From assembly GCA_039803545.1 (NCBI GenBank), contig JBDRYS010000001.1, forward strand, positions 1,866-65,865: a DNA stretch of 64,000 nucleotides, read 5' to 3'. The DNA is from a candidate division WOR-3 bacterium. Its GTDB lineage: Bacteria > Hydrothermota > Hydrothermia > UBA1063. Positions 29,020-37,682 of this stretch are shown one piece after another. The notes under the pieces are model-generated. The model was given only the letters and a program-made list of their open reading frames with translations, did not search any database and was not told the DNA's origin. Each line of letters starts with the position of its first letter. Position 1 is the first letter of the stretch. A program made the translations under genes and the position numbers.

Positions 29020-29551
29020 AAACAAAAGACAAAAGCTGAAAATCCCTAAGGGAATAAGGCCAACAAGGGCGATTGTTAAGCGATCGATATTTGATACCCT
29101 TAGAGACTACGTGGTTGATAGCGAAGTACTCGAAGTTTTCGCAGGGTCGGGGGCAGTTGGTTTTGAAGCCCTCTCTCGTGGCGCCACCTCTTGTGTATTT
29201 ATAGAAAAGTCAAGAGAAGGTATGCTAACTATTATTGAAAATGCAAAAAAGCTCGGCGTTTTGAATAAAATAAGGGTTATTAAAGCAGACTTTGTCCGTG
29301 GATTGAACGACCTAATAAGGGAGCAAAGGAAATTCGATCTCATCTTTGCAGATCCGCCTTACGATTTTTCAAATCATGAAGAGCTTTTTAAAAGAGTTGT
29401 TTTGCTTTTAAAGCCTGGCGGTCTCTATTTGGTGGAAGTCAGGAACAAGACCTTATTACCTGATAATTGGGAGGGCCTCTCAAAAGTTAAGGAGGTAAAC
29501 TTTGGACAGACAAAAGTTGTATACTACCGCATGCTATCCGGGGACCTTTGA
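28991..29551 (+). CDS. rsmD: 16S rRNA (guanine966-N2)-methyltransferase
   Basis: FAGSGAVGFEALSRGA and DPPY motifs. Confidence 0.8.
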   Translation: MGKISLTGGENKRQKLKIPKGIRPTRAIVKRSIFDTLRDYVVDSEVLEVFAGSGAVGFEALSRGATSCVFIEKSREGMLTIIENAKKLGVLNKIRVIKADFVRGLNDLIREQRKFDLIFADPPYDFSNHEELFKRVVLLLKPGGLYLVEVRNKTLLPDNWEGLSKVKEVNFGQTKVVYYRMLSGDL

Positions 29552-30044
29552 TCCCATAACCCTTGGGCATGTGGATATTGTTAAGCGGGCATCCCGTCTC
29601 TTTGAAAGGGTCATTGTAGTGGTTGCAAATCCTGTTCACAAAAAATCTCTCTTTAGCCTCGAAGAAAGGGTTAGAATGGTGGAAGAAAGTGTTGCAAATC
29701 TCCCCAATGTTGAGGTTAGAACCTTGGAATCGAAGCTCCTTATGGATTTCTGTAAGGATAACAATATTGGAATTGTGATTAGGGGTATGAGGGCGGTTTC
29801 TGATTTTGAATACGAGTTTAAAATGGCCTGGATGAACAGAAAACTGTTTCCCGAGATTGAGGTGGTTTTTCTCTTGCCTTCTGAAGAATATACCTACCTT
29901 TCATCAACCCTTGTTAAGGAGATAGCGACCCTTGGAGGGGATATTTCTCCACTGGTCCCGGAGCCAGTGCTTAAATATGCCCATTTAATCAGGGAGAGAA
30001 TCTACAGGGCTGGATTGGGTGATGAAAAAGAACATTCTTTATGA
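29502..30044 (+). CDS. coaD: Phosphopantetheine adenylyltransferase
   Basis: YPGTFDPITLGHVDIVKRA (HxGH nucleotidyltransferase motif); conserved rsmD-coaD linkage. Confidence 0.9.
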   Translation: MDRQKLYTTACYPGTFDPITLGHVDIVKRASRLFERVIVVVANPVHKKSLFSLEERVRMVEESVANLPNVEVRTLESKLLMDFCKDNNIGIVIRGMRAVSDFEYEFKMAWMNRKLFPEIEVVFLLPSEEYTYLSSTLVKEIATLGGDISPLVPEPVLKYAHLIRERIYRAGLGDEKEHSL

Positions 30045-31396
30045 GCTTAGAATTTTTGCTTGCAGGATTACCGGAAGAAATTAAAAAGGCCGAAATTTCA
30101 GGTAATATAAATTTGGCAAGAAAGCTTATTGCCTACTGGCTTTCTAAAGACATTCCAGAAATCCATAGGAAAAGGCTCGAGTTCGAGGGCATCAGGCTTC
30201 AAAGATTGCATCTTTATTATCCGTTTACTTACAACGAGGCTTTAGAGGAGGCAAAGAAATTGATAAATAATTTCACCGAAGATGAGTTTAAAAATTACAT
30301 AGAGGAAGGCGCAATTGACTTTATTGAATTTGATGGAGTCAGGTATTTTGAAAGAAGATTCGCTTACAATTTGGGATTCAGATTTCCAGATATAAAGCGC
30401 CGCATGAAAGAAGAGGAAGGGCAAAAGAAGAAAAGGGAGATCCTTGAGGGAAGATTAAAGGCGCTGATTCAGGGAGATACGCCTAAAAACTATAAGGTCA
30501 AGGCAAAGATAACTTTTCGCGTTAGGGAACCAAAGGGTAAAAGGGTGAAGGTCTGGCTACCTATTCCAAAGGAGTCTTATTACCAGGAGAAAGTCAAGGT
30601 TTTGAATTTTAGCCATCCTTCCTCCTACATCGCCCCGGAAAAGGTAGGACAAAGAACAATTTATATGGAGGGGAAGGATACCGAGGAATTTTCTGTATCT
30701 TTTGAGTATGTGATAAAAGAAGTTTGGAACCGCAAACTCTTTGAAGGTACTCTCAATGCTTTTAAAGGGCTGAAGACAAAGAGTGGGATTCAAAATCTTA
30801 CTGACTTCCTGAAAGAGAAACCACCCCACATCACCTTCACACCCCTCCTCAGGTGTCTTCTTGGTGAAATAATTCAGGGTAAGGATAGTATCTTCGAAAA
30901 GGTTTTTGCAATTTATGATTTTGTGACCTCGAGGGTATGGTATTCATACGTGAAGCCTTACATTTATTATGACCATATTCCCCATTTTGTTGTGGAAAAT
31001 TTGAGGGGCGATTGCGGTTTTCAGGCCCTTCTTTTCATTACCCTTTGTCGGATGGCGGGTATTCCTGCTCATTGGCAATCGGGTTGGTATATAACTCCCT
31101 ATGGGGCCTCACCCCATGACTGGGCAATTATCTATCTCCCTGAATTCGGTTTTGTGCCCGTTGATCTTTCCTTTGGCGGAAAGGATAAGGCTGACATAAA
31201 TAGAAAGGCATTCTATTTCGGCAATCTCGATGGTTTTAGGATGATTGCCAATGATGAGTTTCAGGAAGATTTTGACCCACCGACAAAATTCATAAGGGAG
31301 GACCCTTTCGATAATCAGGTGGGTGAGGCAGAGTATGAGGATGAGAAGGCTTTGGGAGAGCATGGTATTGAGGTGTTAAGTTTTGAGGAGGTTTAG
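30041..31396 (+). CDS. Transglutaminase-like cysteine protease domain protein
   Basis: C-terminal core GDCGFQALLFITLCRMAGIPA ... PHDWAIIYL ... VPVD (Cys-His-Asp triad arrangement). Confidence 0.65.
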   Translation: MSLEFLLAGLPEEIKKAEISGNINLARKLIAYWLSKDIPEIHRKRLEFEGIRLQRLHLYYPFTYNEALEEAKKLINNFTEDEFKNYIEEGAIDFIEFDGVRYFERRFAYNLGFRFPDIKRRMKEEEGQKKKREILEGRLKALIQGDTPKNYKVKAKITFRVREPKGKRVKVWLPIPKESYYQEKVKVLNFSHPSSYIAPEKVGQRTIYMEGKDTEEFSVSFEYVIKEVWNRKLFEGTLNAFKGLKTKSGIQNLTDFLKEKPPHITFTPLLRCLLGEIIQGKDSIFEKVFAIYDFVTSRVWYSYVKPYIYYDHIPHFVVENLRGDCGFQALLFITLCRMAGIPAHWQSGWYITPYGASPHDWAIIYLPEFGFVPVDLSFGGKDKADINRKAFYFGNLDGFRMIANDEFQEDFDPPTKFIREDPFDNQVGEAEYEDEKALGEHGIEVLSFEEV

Positions 31397-31398
31397 TT

Positions 31399-32430
31399 AT
31401 GGCGAAAATAACAAAAATTTCCTTAGAGAGTAGGGTCTATTACTATGAAAAACCCTTTCACATAACGGGTAGTGTATCATCAGCTTCCACCAATGTCGAA
31501 GTCTTGATAGAGACCCAAGAAGGTATAAAGGGTTATGGAGAGGCTTCTCCCTCTTTCAGAGTTAACGGAGAGAAACCCGAAGCCCTTGTGGCAATGGAGT
31601 CCTTTGTAAACGAAAATTTAAACTCTAAGAACACAGATAGGTGGAGAGAAATTTTTGATTTTACTGATAAATTAATCGCTTCTCCCAGCTTAAAGGCAGC
31701 CCTTCAGTGGGCGGTAATCTCAATTTTTTGCACTGAACACGGAATAACCCCCTTTGAGTTTTTTGGCGGTGCAAAAAAGGAAATTGAAACTGACAAGACG
31801 GTAGGAATTGATACCGTTGAAAATCGAGTTAAAGAGGCAGAGACAATTTTTTCTGAAGGTTTCAGAGTTATTAAGATAAAGGTTGGTGAAAATTTCAAGG
31901 AAGACATTGAAGCGGTGCTTAAAATAAGTGAAAGGACCAGAGGCGCAACTTATATCGTTGATGCCAATATGGGTTACACACCAAAGCAGGCTATTGATTT
32001 TGCGAAGAAGCTCTACCAGGAAGGCGTTAATGTGGCGGTATTTGAGCAACCAGTACATTACCAGGATCTGGATGGGCTTAAATTTGTCAGGTTCCATTCC
32101 CCCTTTCCCGTCGCAGCCGACGAGTCAGCAAAGACTAAGTTCGATGTATACAGGCTCCTTAAAAATGAAGTGGTAGATTATGTTAATATAAAACTTATGA
32201 AATCGGGGATTTCTGATGCGATGGCAATCGTCGAGATGGCGAGAAGTAGCGGAATAAGGCTTATGATTGGTTGTATGGGGGAATCAAGTCTCGGAATAAA
32301 TCAGAGCGTTATGTTTGCCCTTGGTACTGGTGCCTTTGATTTTCACGACTTAGATTCCCACCTTCTGCTAAAAGAGGATGTCTTCAGGGGAAATTTTAAA
32401 CAGGTGGGGCCAAGGATAATGATTCCTTAA
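31399..32430 (+). CDS. Enolase-superfamily dipeptide epimerase / mandelate racemase-muconate lactonizing enzyme family protein
   Basis: KIKVG, DANMGY, FEQP metal-ligand motif spacing typical of L-Ala-D/L-Glu epimerase-like members. Confidence 0.7.
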   Translation: MAKITKISLESRVYYYEKPFHITGSVSSASTNVEVLIETQEGIKGYGEASPSFRVNGEKPEALVAMESFVNENLNSKNTDRWREIFDFTDKLIASPSLKAALQWAVISIFCTEHGITPFEFFGGAKKEIETDKTVGIDTVENRVKEAETIFSEGFRVIKIKVGENFKEDIEAVLKISERTRGATYIVDANMGYTPKQAIDFAKKLYQEGVNVAVFEQPVHYQDLDGLKFVRFHSPFPVAADESAKTKFDVYRLLKNEVVDYVNIKLMKSGISDAMAIVEMARSSGIRLMIGCMGESSLGINQSVMFALGTGAFDFHDLDSHLLLKEDVFRGNFKQVGPRIMIP

Positions 32431-32431
32431 T

Positions 32432-32481
32432 TTGCACAATTTTTGTGCAATATAGATCCCTTTTGCATAATTTTTGTTCAA
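32432..32481 (+). promoter_or_regulatory. Tandem putative enhancer (UAS) sites: perfect palindrome TTGCACAATTTTTGTGCAA (32432-32450) and degenerate copy TTTGCATAATTTTTGTTCAA (32462-32481)
   Basis: Inverted repeat seen directly, 50-80 bp upstream of a sigma-54 promoter. Confidence 0.55.
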
Positions 32482-32497
32482 AAGCACCTTTTACTTT

Positions 32498-32513
32498 TGG
32501 CACACTTTTTGCA
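32498..32513 (+). promoter_or_regulatory. Sigma-54 (RpoN) -24/-12 promoter TGGCACactttTTGCA upstream of the 32537 operon
   Basis: Exact TGGCAC-N5-TTGCA consensus, 24 nt before the ATG; RBS AAGGAGG at 32524-32530. Confidence 0.6.
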
Positions 32514-32536
32514 CTTTATTGTAAAGGAGGTGCAAA

Positions 32537-33325
32537 ATGAGGTTTAGAATCCATCAAAGGTTACTTTTAAAGTCAGCTTTTCTTTTCTCAATTTTAGCTC
32601 TCTCCTGTCAAAATGTTGATACTACACCGCCAGCTGCGCCCACAGGCCTTACCAGTGTCACCGGCGATAGAGCGGTATATCTTTACTGGAATCCTAATAA
32701 AGAAAAGGACCTTGCTGGTTATCGGGTTTACAGAAACACTGCCCCATCGGGTTACTTTATGATGATTGCAGATGTAAGGGAAAATAGTTATGTGGACAGG
32801 GATGTGGAAAATGGCATCACTTATTATTACGCAGTAAGTGCCTATGATTCTGCAGGAAATGAAAGTGAACTTTCTCAAAAAGATTGTTTCGATACCCCGC
32901 GCCCCGAGGGGTACAATATGAAAATCTACGAAAAAGACTACTTACCATCCTTTTCTGGATATTGTTTTAACAAATATAGCCCTGTCCCTTATAACTCTGC
33001 AGATGCCGATTTTTACTTTGATGTTCAGAGTGGTACTGCCAGGATTGTAGCCAGTGTTGGGACTTTGATTCAGGATATGGGAGCTTACAATATGGATGAT
33101 ATCTCCTATGCGCCCTTGACGGGGTGGGATTCCGATGGAGTGCTGGATGCAATTCAAGGGCATGTCTATGTAGTTTGGACAAGGGATAATCACTTTGCTA
33201 AATTTCGAATAAAGGTTCTGGATAATACTTTCCTTGTATTTGATTGGGCGTATCAGGTGGCGGTAGGGAACAGGGAATTGGTGAAGAAAAATTTAATAGA
33301 AAACAAGGGGGTGTCCCATGATTAA
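32537..33325 (+). CDS. Lipoprotein with fibronectin type III domain
   Basis: Signal peptide plus lipobox (ILALSC); PAAPTGLTSV...YRVYR...YYYAVSAYDSAGNES FN3 signature. Confidence 0.55.
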   Translation: MRFRIHQRLLLKSAFLFSILALSCQNVDTTPPAAPTGLTSVTGDRAVYLYWNPNKEKDLAGYRVYRNTAPSGYFMMIADVRENSYVDRDVENGITYYYAVSAYDSAGNESELSQKDCFDTPRPEGYNMKIYEKDYLPSFSGYCFNKYSPVPYNSADADFYFDVQSGTARIVASVGTLIQDMGAYNMDDISYAPLTGWDSDGVLDAIQGHVYVVWTRDNHFAKFRIKVLDNTFLVFDWAYQVAVGNRELVKKNLIENKGVSHD

Positions 33326-35114
33326 GCTTTTGATGTTAATCTCTTTGATGTACTCTGGGGCTGAGTTCGCCCGGGTGGGCGACCTCAGAGGCGATGCAAA
33401 GATTTGGAGATATGGTGAAGAAGGTTCCGAATGGTTAACCATAAATAACATAATCGGTGAAGGCGATGAATTACTCACCTACGATGATTCTTACCTTGAA
33501 ATAGAGTTCAGTGACGGTTCTGTTTTAACCCTTGGGAATAACACCAGTGTCTACTTTGATCGCATTGAGGATGACAGGACTTACTTTACATTGAACAAAG
33601 GGGTCGCGAGAGTTTATGCTCGTGAGAGAGTTTTCGGAGTTTTTGCCGGTGATCATGCAGTTTACGTAGAGGAAGGTTCTATTGTGCGGGTGGAATCTGA
33701 TAGTGATTACTTCCTCGCAAGGGTATATAGGGGTAGTGCCGAAGTTGACAAGAAGAAAATTTATGCGGGGTCTGAGGTAATTATAGATAGAGGTAGGTAT
33801 TACTCAGGGAGGGCTGGAAGTTATGATCGGTTAGACAGATGGGCAGAGGAGAGGGAAAGGAATTATTATGTAATTACGAGGGTCGAATATGTTCCTGTAC
33901 GTTGCTATATAGGCATTTATCATCTTCATAGACATGGTAGATGGGTCTTCATCCGCCCTTATGGTTGGGTTTGGGTTCCGAGGGTGCCAAGATCCTGGAG
34001 ACCTTACTACGATGGATACTGGGTTTATAGACCGGGGCTCGGTTGGGTTTGGGTTTCTTATGAGCCATGGGGTTGGATTCCATATAGATACGGTAGCTGG
34101 ACTTACATTGTTGGCTATGGGTGGGTATGGATCCCAGGTGAAACCTTTGCTGGTGCCTGGGTAGAGTGGTATTATGGACCCGATTGGGTAGGGTGGGCTC
34201 CCATTGACTATTATGGAAAGCCGATTATTGTAGTGAACAACATAACGGTGGTAAATATTGTTAGCAAGGAAGACTTCCATAAACCTATCTATCGCTATAA
34301 GCCACCAAAATCTGGCGTCTATAAAGAGGTTTATAAGCCTTACAAAGGCGTTGATGTGAAAGAAGTTGTTAGGTATAAGGCGACGGAGCTGGAAAAGCCG
34401 ATTTACTTTAAGAAAGTGGATGTGGTAAAGGAAGAGGAAAAGCCAATAATACATGGGAAAGGCGAGCTAATAAAGGTAAAGACAGTGGAAAAAGACCTTG
34501 GAGAAAATAGAGGGGGCCAGTTATACCCGGAAAGGCCAGTGGTGGAGAAGAAGGCCGATGTGAGGATAGAAAAAGAGGTGCAAGTAGAGGAAAAGTTGAA
34601 ACCAAAGGAAAAGGAGGTTGAAAAACCTTTAACGAAGGAGAAGACCTTGGAGAAGGAGTCAGGTACAAACGTAATACCTGAAAAACCTGTTAAGAGGGTA
34701 GAAGAGGAGGAATCGAAGCCCGAAATATATCCAGAAAGGCCTTCTTATAGAGACTACAAGTCTAAGCTTCTCGAAAAAGAAGATTATGAAAGGCCGAGGG
34801 GAGAGACACCGACCCGTAGGGAGAGTAGCGTTAAAGAGGAGAGAAGAACAGAGGTAAGGCCTTATACGCCCCCTGCTATTGAAAGAAAGACTTTTAAAGA
34901 AGAGGGCTCAGATGGAAGGAGTTGGTATCGATACAAGGAGGCGGAAAAGGTCAAGGTAGAGGACAAGGCTAAGGGTCGTGTTATTCCTGAAGTCAAAGCA
35001 CTTAGTCCCTCCGATAATATTCCCCAGAATAAACCGGAACTTAAAAAGAGAGTTGAAAAGAAAGCCGAAGAGGATGATAATCATAAAAATGTCAAAGGGG
35101 AGGATGAGAAATGA
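33318..35114 (+). CDS. FecR-domain protein with Trp-rich (GWxWxP) repeat region and long K/E-rich low-complexity C-terminal tail
   Basis: Signal peptide; FecR-like segment (GDELLTYDDSYLEIEFSDGSVLTLGNNTSVYF); then YGWVWVPRVPRSWRPYYDGYWVYRPGLGWVWVSYEPWGWIPYRYG... repeats; then EKPxxK-type charged repeats. Confidence 0.5.
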   Translation: MIKLLMLISLMYSGAEFARVGDLRGDAKIWRYGEEGSEWLTINNIIGEGDELLTYDDSYLEIEFSDGSVLTLGNNTSVYFDRIEDDRTYFTLNKGVARVYARERVFGVFAGDHAVYVEEGSIVRVESDSDYFLARVYRGSAEVDKKKIYAGSEVIIDRGRYYSGRAGSYDRLDRWAEERERNYYVITRVEYVPVRCYIGIYHLHRHGRWVFIRPYGWVWVPRVPRSWRPYYDGYWVYRPGLGWVWVSYEPWGWIPYRYGSWTYIVGYGWVWIPGETFAGAWVEWYYGPDWVGWAPIDYYGKPIIVVNNITVVNIVSKEDFHKPIYRYKPPKSGVYKEVYKPYKGVDVKEVVRYKATELEKPIYFKKVDVVKEEEKPIIHGKGELIKVKTVEKDLGENRGGQLYPERPVVEKKADVRIEKEVQVEEKLKPKEKEVEKPLTKEKTLEKESGTNVIPEKPVKRVEEEESKPEIYPERPSYRDYKSKLLEKEDYERPRGETPTRRESSVKEERRTEVRPYTPPAIERKTFKEEGSDGRSWYRYKEAEKVKVEDKAKGRVIPEVKALSPSDNIPQNKPELKKRVEKKAEEDDNHKNVKGEDEK

Positions 35115-35341
35115 GACGGGTGTTAATTTTGATTTTTATTCTCTTTACACAAGGCTTTTCCTACGGGGGAGAAGGGGATACTATCCCCTCTCCTCCTTCC
35201 AAGGCCCAAAATTCCCAGGTTAAAATAGAAAAGAAAAAATTTAAAGACGAGAATAAAGATGGGTTCAACGATCTCAGAGATAAAGGTGATTACGAGAAAT
35301 TATTAAAAGAGGTGTTGAAAGAGAGGAAGGGTAAAAGATGA
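35111..35341 (+). CDS. Small secreted hypothetical protein
   Basis: 76-aa ORF with N-terminal hydrophobic segment; translationally coupled within the operon. Confidence 0.35.
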   Translation: MRRVLILIFILFTQGFSYGGEGDTIPSPPSKAQNSQVKIEKKKFKDENKDGFNDLRDKGDYEKLLKEVLKERKGKR

Positions 35342-35715
35342 AGCGCTTAGTTTTTATTTTCTCTGCCTTTCTGCTTCTTTCCTGCGGATATAAAGCTCCC
35401 CCACCGGGTAAACCAGACATCAATCCTCCCCAGGTACGAATAACTTACCCTCAGGAGGGCGACACGGTTTATACAGATACTTCTGTAAGTTTTCTGATAA
35501 ATGATGAATCCCAGATCAAGAGGGTTGCCTTAATTATAAATGAAAAGGCAGTGAGAGTGGATTCAGCCCCTCCCTTTACTCTCCCCCTCAAGTTAGAGGA
35601 TATTCAGGATTCTGTAGCAATAATTAAGGTAAGGGCAGTGGACATATGGGATAATACGGGTGAGTCGAAACCTGTGAAGGTTTTCCGCCCTTTAATGAAG
35701 GAAGAGGAGGATTGA
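35338..35715 (+). CDS. Small lipoprotein with Ig-like/BIG-type domain
   Basis: Lipobox LLLSCGY; beta-rich domain (PPQVRITYPQEGDTVYTDTSVSF...VRAVDIWDNTG). Confidence 0.45.
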   Translation: MKRLVFIFSAFLLLSCGYKAPPPGKPDINPPQVRITYPQEGDTVYTDTSVSFLINDESQIKRVALIINEKAVRVDSAPPFTLPLKLEDIQDSVAIIKVRAVDIWDNTGESKPVKVFRPLMKEEED

Positions 35716-36438
35716 TATCGCTAATAAAAGCGTGTAGATCCCGAAATAGTAGATCTTTTTCATTTTCACGATTTTTCGAAGTATAGTAAGACTTCCAAGT
35801 CCCGTTAGGAAGGCACTCAAAAAGGGTAGAATTAAAGTACTTAAGTCTTTAGCTGCAAACTCTTTTAGGTTCAGAAGAAATGCCCCCCCAATGGCAGGGA
35901 TAGACAATAAAAAAGAAAAGGAGAAGGCGGTTTGTGGAACTATTCCAAAGAGGAGGGCGGCACTCACGGTGCTTCCCGAGCGGGAAACCCCTGGCAAGAT
36001 GGCAATTGCCTGGGCAATGCCGATTATAAATGCGGTGAGAGGCGTAATAATCTCCTTATCAAATTTTTTTCTTAAGGTGGTAGAGAGCAAAATAAAACTG
36101 TTGAGGATGAAGAAATACGGAAGATATTCGACGGTTTCGAAATAGGTTTCAATCTTATCTTTAAACAGGATACCTACAAATCCTGCCGGAATAGAGCCGA
36201 TAAAAAGCAAAAAAATTGGGTGACGAATAAGTTTTTCTCTTACAAAAAGTTTCTTGATGTCGTTCCAGAAGAATAAAAGTACCGCAAAGAGCGTAGCAAG
36301 GTGCAAGGTGAGTTCCAGTTCAATGCCCGGTTTCTCAATTCCCAAGAGTTTTTGCGCTAATACAAGGTGTCCTGAACTGGAGATGGGTAAAAATTCAGTG
36401 ATCCCCTGGATTACGCCAATTAGAAAGTTTTTCATCAA
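35692..36438 (-). CDS. uppP: Undecaprenyl-diphosphate phosphatase
   Basis: GITEFLPISSSGHL and PGVSRSG motifs; polytopic membrane protein. Confidence 0.9.
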   Translation of the reverse strand: MMKNFLIGVIQGITEFLPISSSGHLVLAQKLLGIEKPGIELELTLHLATLFAVLLFFWNDIKKLFVREKLIRHPIFLLFIGSIPAGFVGILFKDKIETYFETVEYLPYFFILNSFILLSTTLRKKFDKEIITPLTAFIIGIAQAIAILPGVSRSGSTVSAALLFGIVPQTAFSFSFLLSIPAIGGAFLLNLKEFAAKDLSTLILPFLSAFLTGLGSLTILRKIVKMKKIYYFGIYTLLLAISILLFLH

Positions 36439-36802
36439 GATACCTCCTTAATTCTTCTAATTCACTTAATGTCTGATCAATCGTTTCTTTAATTTCCTGT
36501 ACCACTTCAGAGAGAACTTCGGGCATAAGTTCCTCAACAGACTCTTCCTCCAGCCTTTTTTTCACACCTTTTAAGGAAATTCCGCTATCGAGCAGTTTCT
36601 TAACCAGTAAAGCCTTCTTGAGGTCAGAAGAAGTAAAAAGCTTCCTGCCACCTCTTTTTTTAGGTCTAAAAATCCTTAGCTTCTCCTCCCAGTAAGAAAT
36701 TATGCCAGGATTTACACCGACAAGATCAGCGACCTCTTTTTGGGTGTAATAGCGTTTTGTTAACATTTTTAAAAATATAATGCTTAACCCTTGAAGCTTC
36801 AA
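36395..36802 (-). CDS. MerR-family transcriptional regulator
   Basis: N-terminal HTH YTQKEVADLVGVNPGIISYWE; coiled-coil C-terminus. Confidence 0.65.
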   Translation of the reverse strand: MKLQGLSIIFLKMLTKRYYTQKEVADLVGVNPGIISYWEEKLRIFRPKKRGGRKLFTSSDLKKALLVKKLLDSGISLKGVKKRLEEESVEELMPEVLSEVVQEIKETIDQTLSELEELRRYLDEKLSNWRNPGDH

Positions 36803-36810
36803 AAAGAAAA

Positions 36811-37183
36811 GGGTGAGGGAGGTCTGTAAGCCGAGTTCTGTCGAGGGAAGTCATTTCTCTTAATCCACCGTCACCGGTGGATTTCAGCGGTCTACCCGGG
36901 GCTTAGTCACCCATTCGGGTGGCTAGGAGCGGGCCACTCCATCGCCCCTGCTTGACCTTGCTCCGGGTGGGGGTTGCCATGGTGCCACTTGCGTGACACC
37001 ATCGTGGGCTCTTACCCCACGGTTTCACCTTAGCCTGAGCCCTTTCGGGCCATCGGCTGTTTGGTTTCTGTGGCCCTATCCGTCGCGTTACCGCGCCCAC
37101 CTGTTAGGTGGCACCCTGCCCTTTGGAGCTCGGACTTTCCTCATCCCCAAAACGGGGACGCGACTTCCCGACCTCCCTCACCA
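36811..37183 (-). ncRNA. rnpB: RNase P RNA (bacterial type A), minus strand
   Basis: Reverse complement contains GAGGAAAGTCCGAGCTCC (P4), ACAGAAACCAAACAGCCGATGGCCCGAAAGGGC, GGTAAGAGCCCAC, CACCCGGAGCAAGGTCAAGCAGGGG, ACAGAACTCGGCTTA, with a 13-bp P1 pairing GGTGAGGGAGGTC/GACCTCCCTCACC closing the molecule. The ORF-track ORFs 36903-37100 and 36993-37196 are artefacts of this GC-rich RNA. Confidence 0.85.
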
Positions 37184-37230
37184 GTTATACTTATAAGAGC
37201 ATTAATTTGAAAAGTCAAGCCTTTGTTTTA

Positions 37231-37259
37231 TTGACTGATTGAAAGTGAGCATTTAAAAT
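37231..37259 (+). promoter_or_regulatory. Sigma-70-type promoter (TTGACT - 17 nt - TAAAAT) for gcvH
   Basis: Read directly; about 35 nt upstream of the gcvH ATG with RBS AAGGAGG. Confidence 0.5.
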
Positions 37260-37293
37260 TATACCAAAACTTAACTTAAAAGGAGGTTTTTAA

Positions 37294-37680
37294 ATGCTTG
37301 TACCTGATGATTTGAAATATACCCGCGAGCACGAATGGGTTAAGGTTGAGAATGGTAATATTGCGGTGATTGGAATTACCGATTTTGCACAGTCAGAGCT
37401 TTCTGACGTGGTTTACGTTGAGCTTCCTGCAGTGGGAAAACATGTGAATAAAGGAGAAGAGGTGGCTTCGGTTGAGGCGGTAAAGACTGTAGCCAGCGTT
37501 TATACACCCGTGTCAGGGGAAGTAATTGAGGTAAATGAAAAGCTTAAAGATGACCCCTCCCTTATAAACAAAGACCCGTATGGTGAAGGTTGGATTTGTA
37601 AGATTAAAATGAGCAAGCCTGAAGAATTAAATGAGTGTCTCAGCGCCGAAGAGTATAAGAAACTGATCGCGGAGGAATAA
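37294..37680 (+). CDS. gcvH: Glycine cleavage system H protein
   Basis: Lipoyl-lysine motif (SVEAVKTVASVYTPVSGEV) and EGW motif. Confidence 0.9.
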   Translation: MLVPDDLKYTREHEWVKVENGNIAVIGITDFAQSELSDVVYVELPAVGKHVNKGEEVASVEAVKTVASVYTPVSGEVIEVNEKLKDDPSLINKDPYGEGWICKIKMSKPEELNECLSAEEYKKLIAEE

Positions 37681-37682
37681 TC

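Noticed and set aside
36903-37196. ORF-track small ORFs (65 aa, 67 aa)
   Set aside because: They fall entirely within the RNase P RNA gene and are translation artefacts of a GC-rich structured RNA.
37184-37293. Glycine riboswitch upstream of gcvH
   Set aside because: Only about 100 nt separate the RNase P gene from gcvH, and a sigma-70 promoter sits about 35 nt from the ATG. There is no room for the roughly 100-nt aptamer, and its conserved motifs are not seen.
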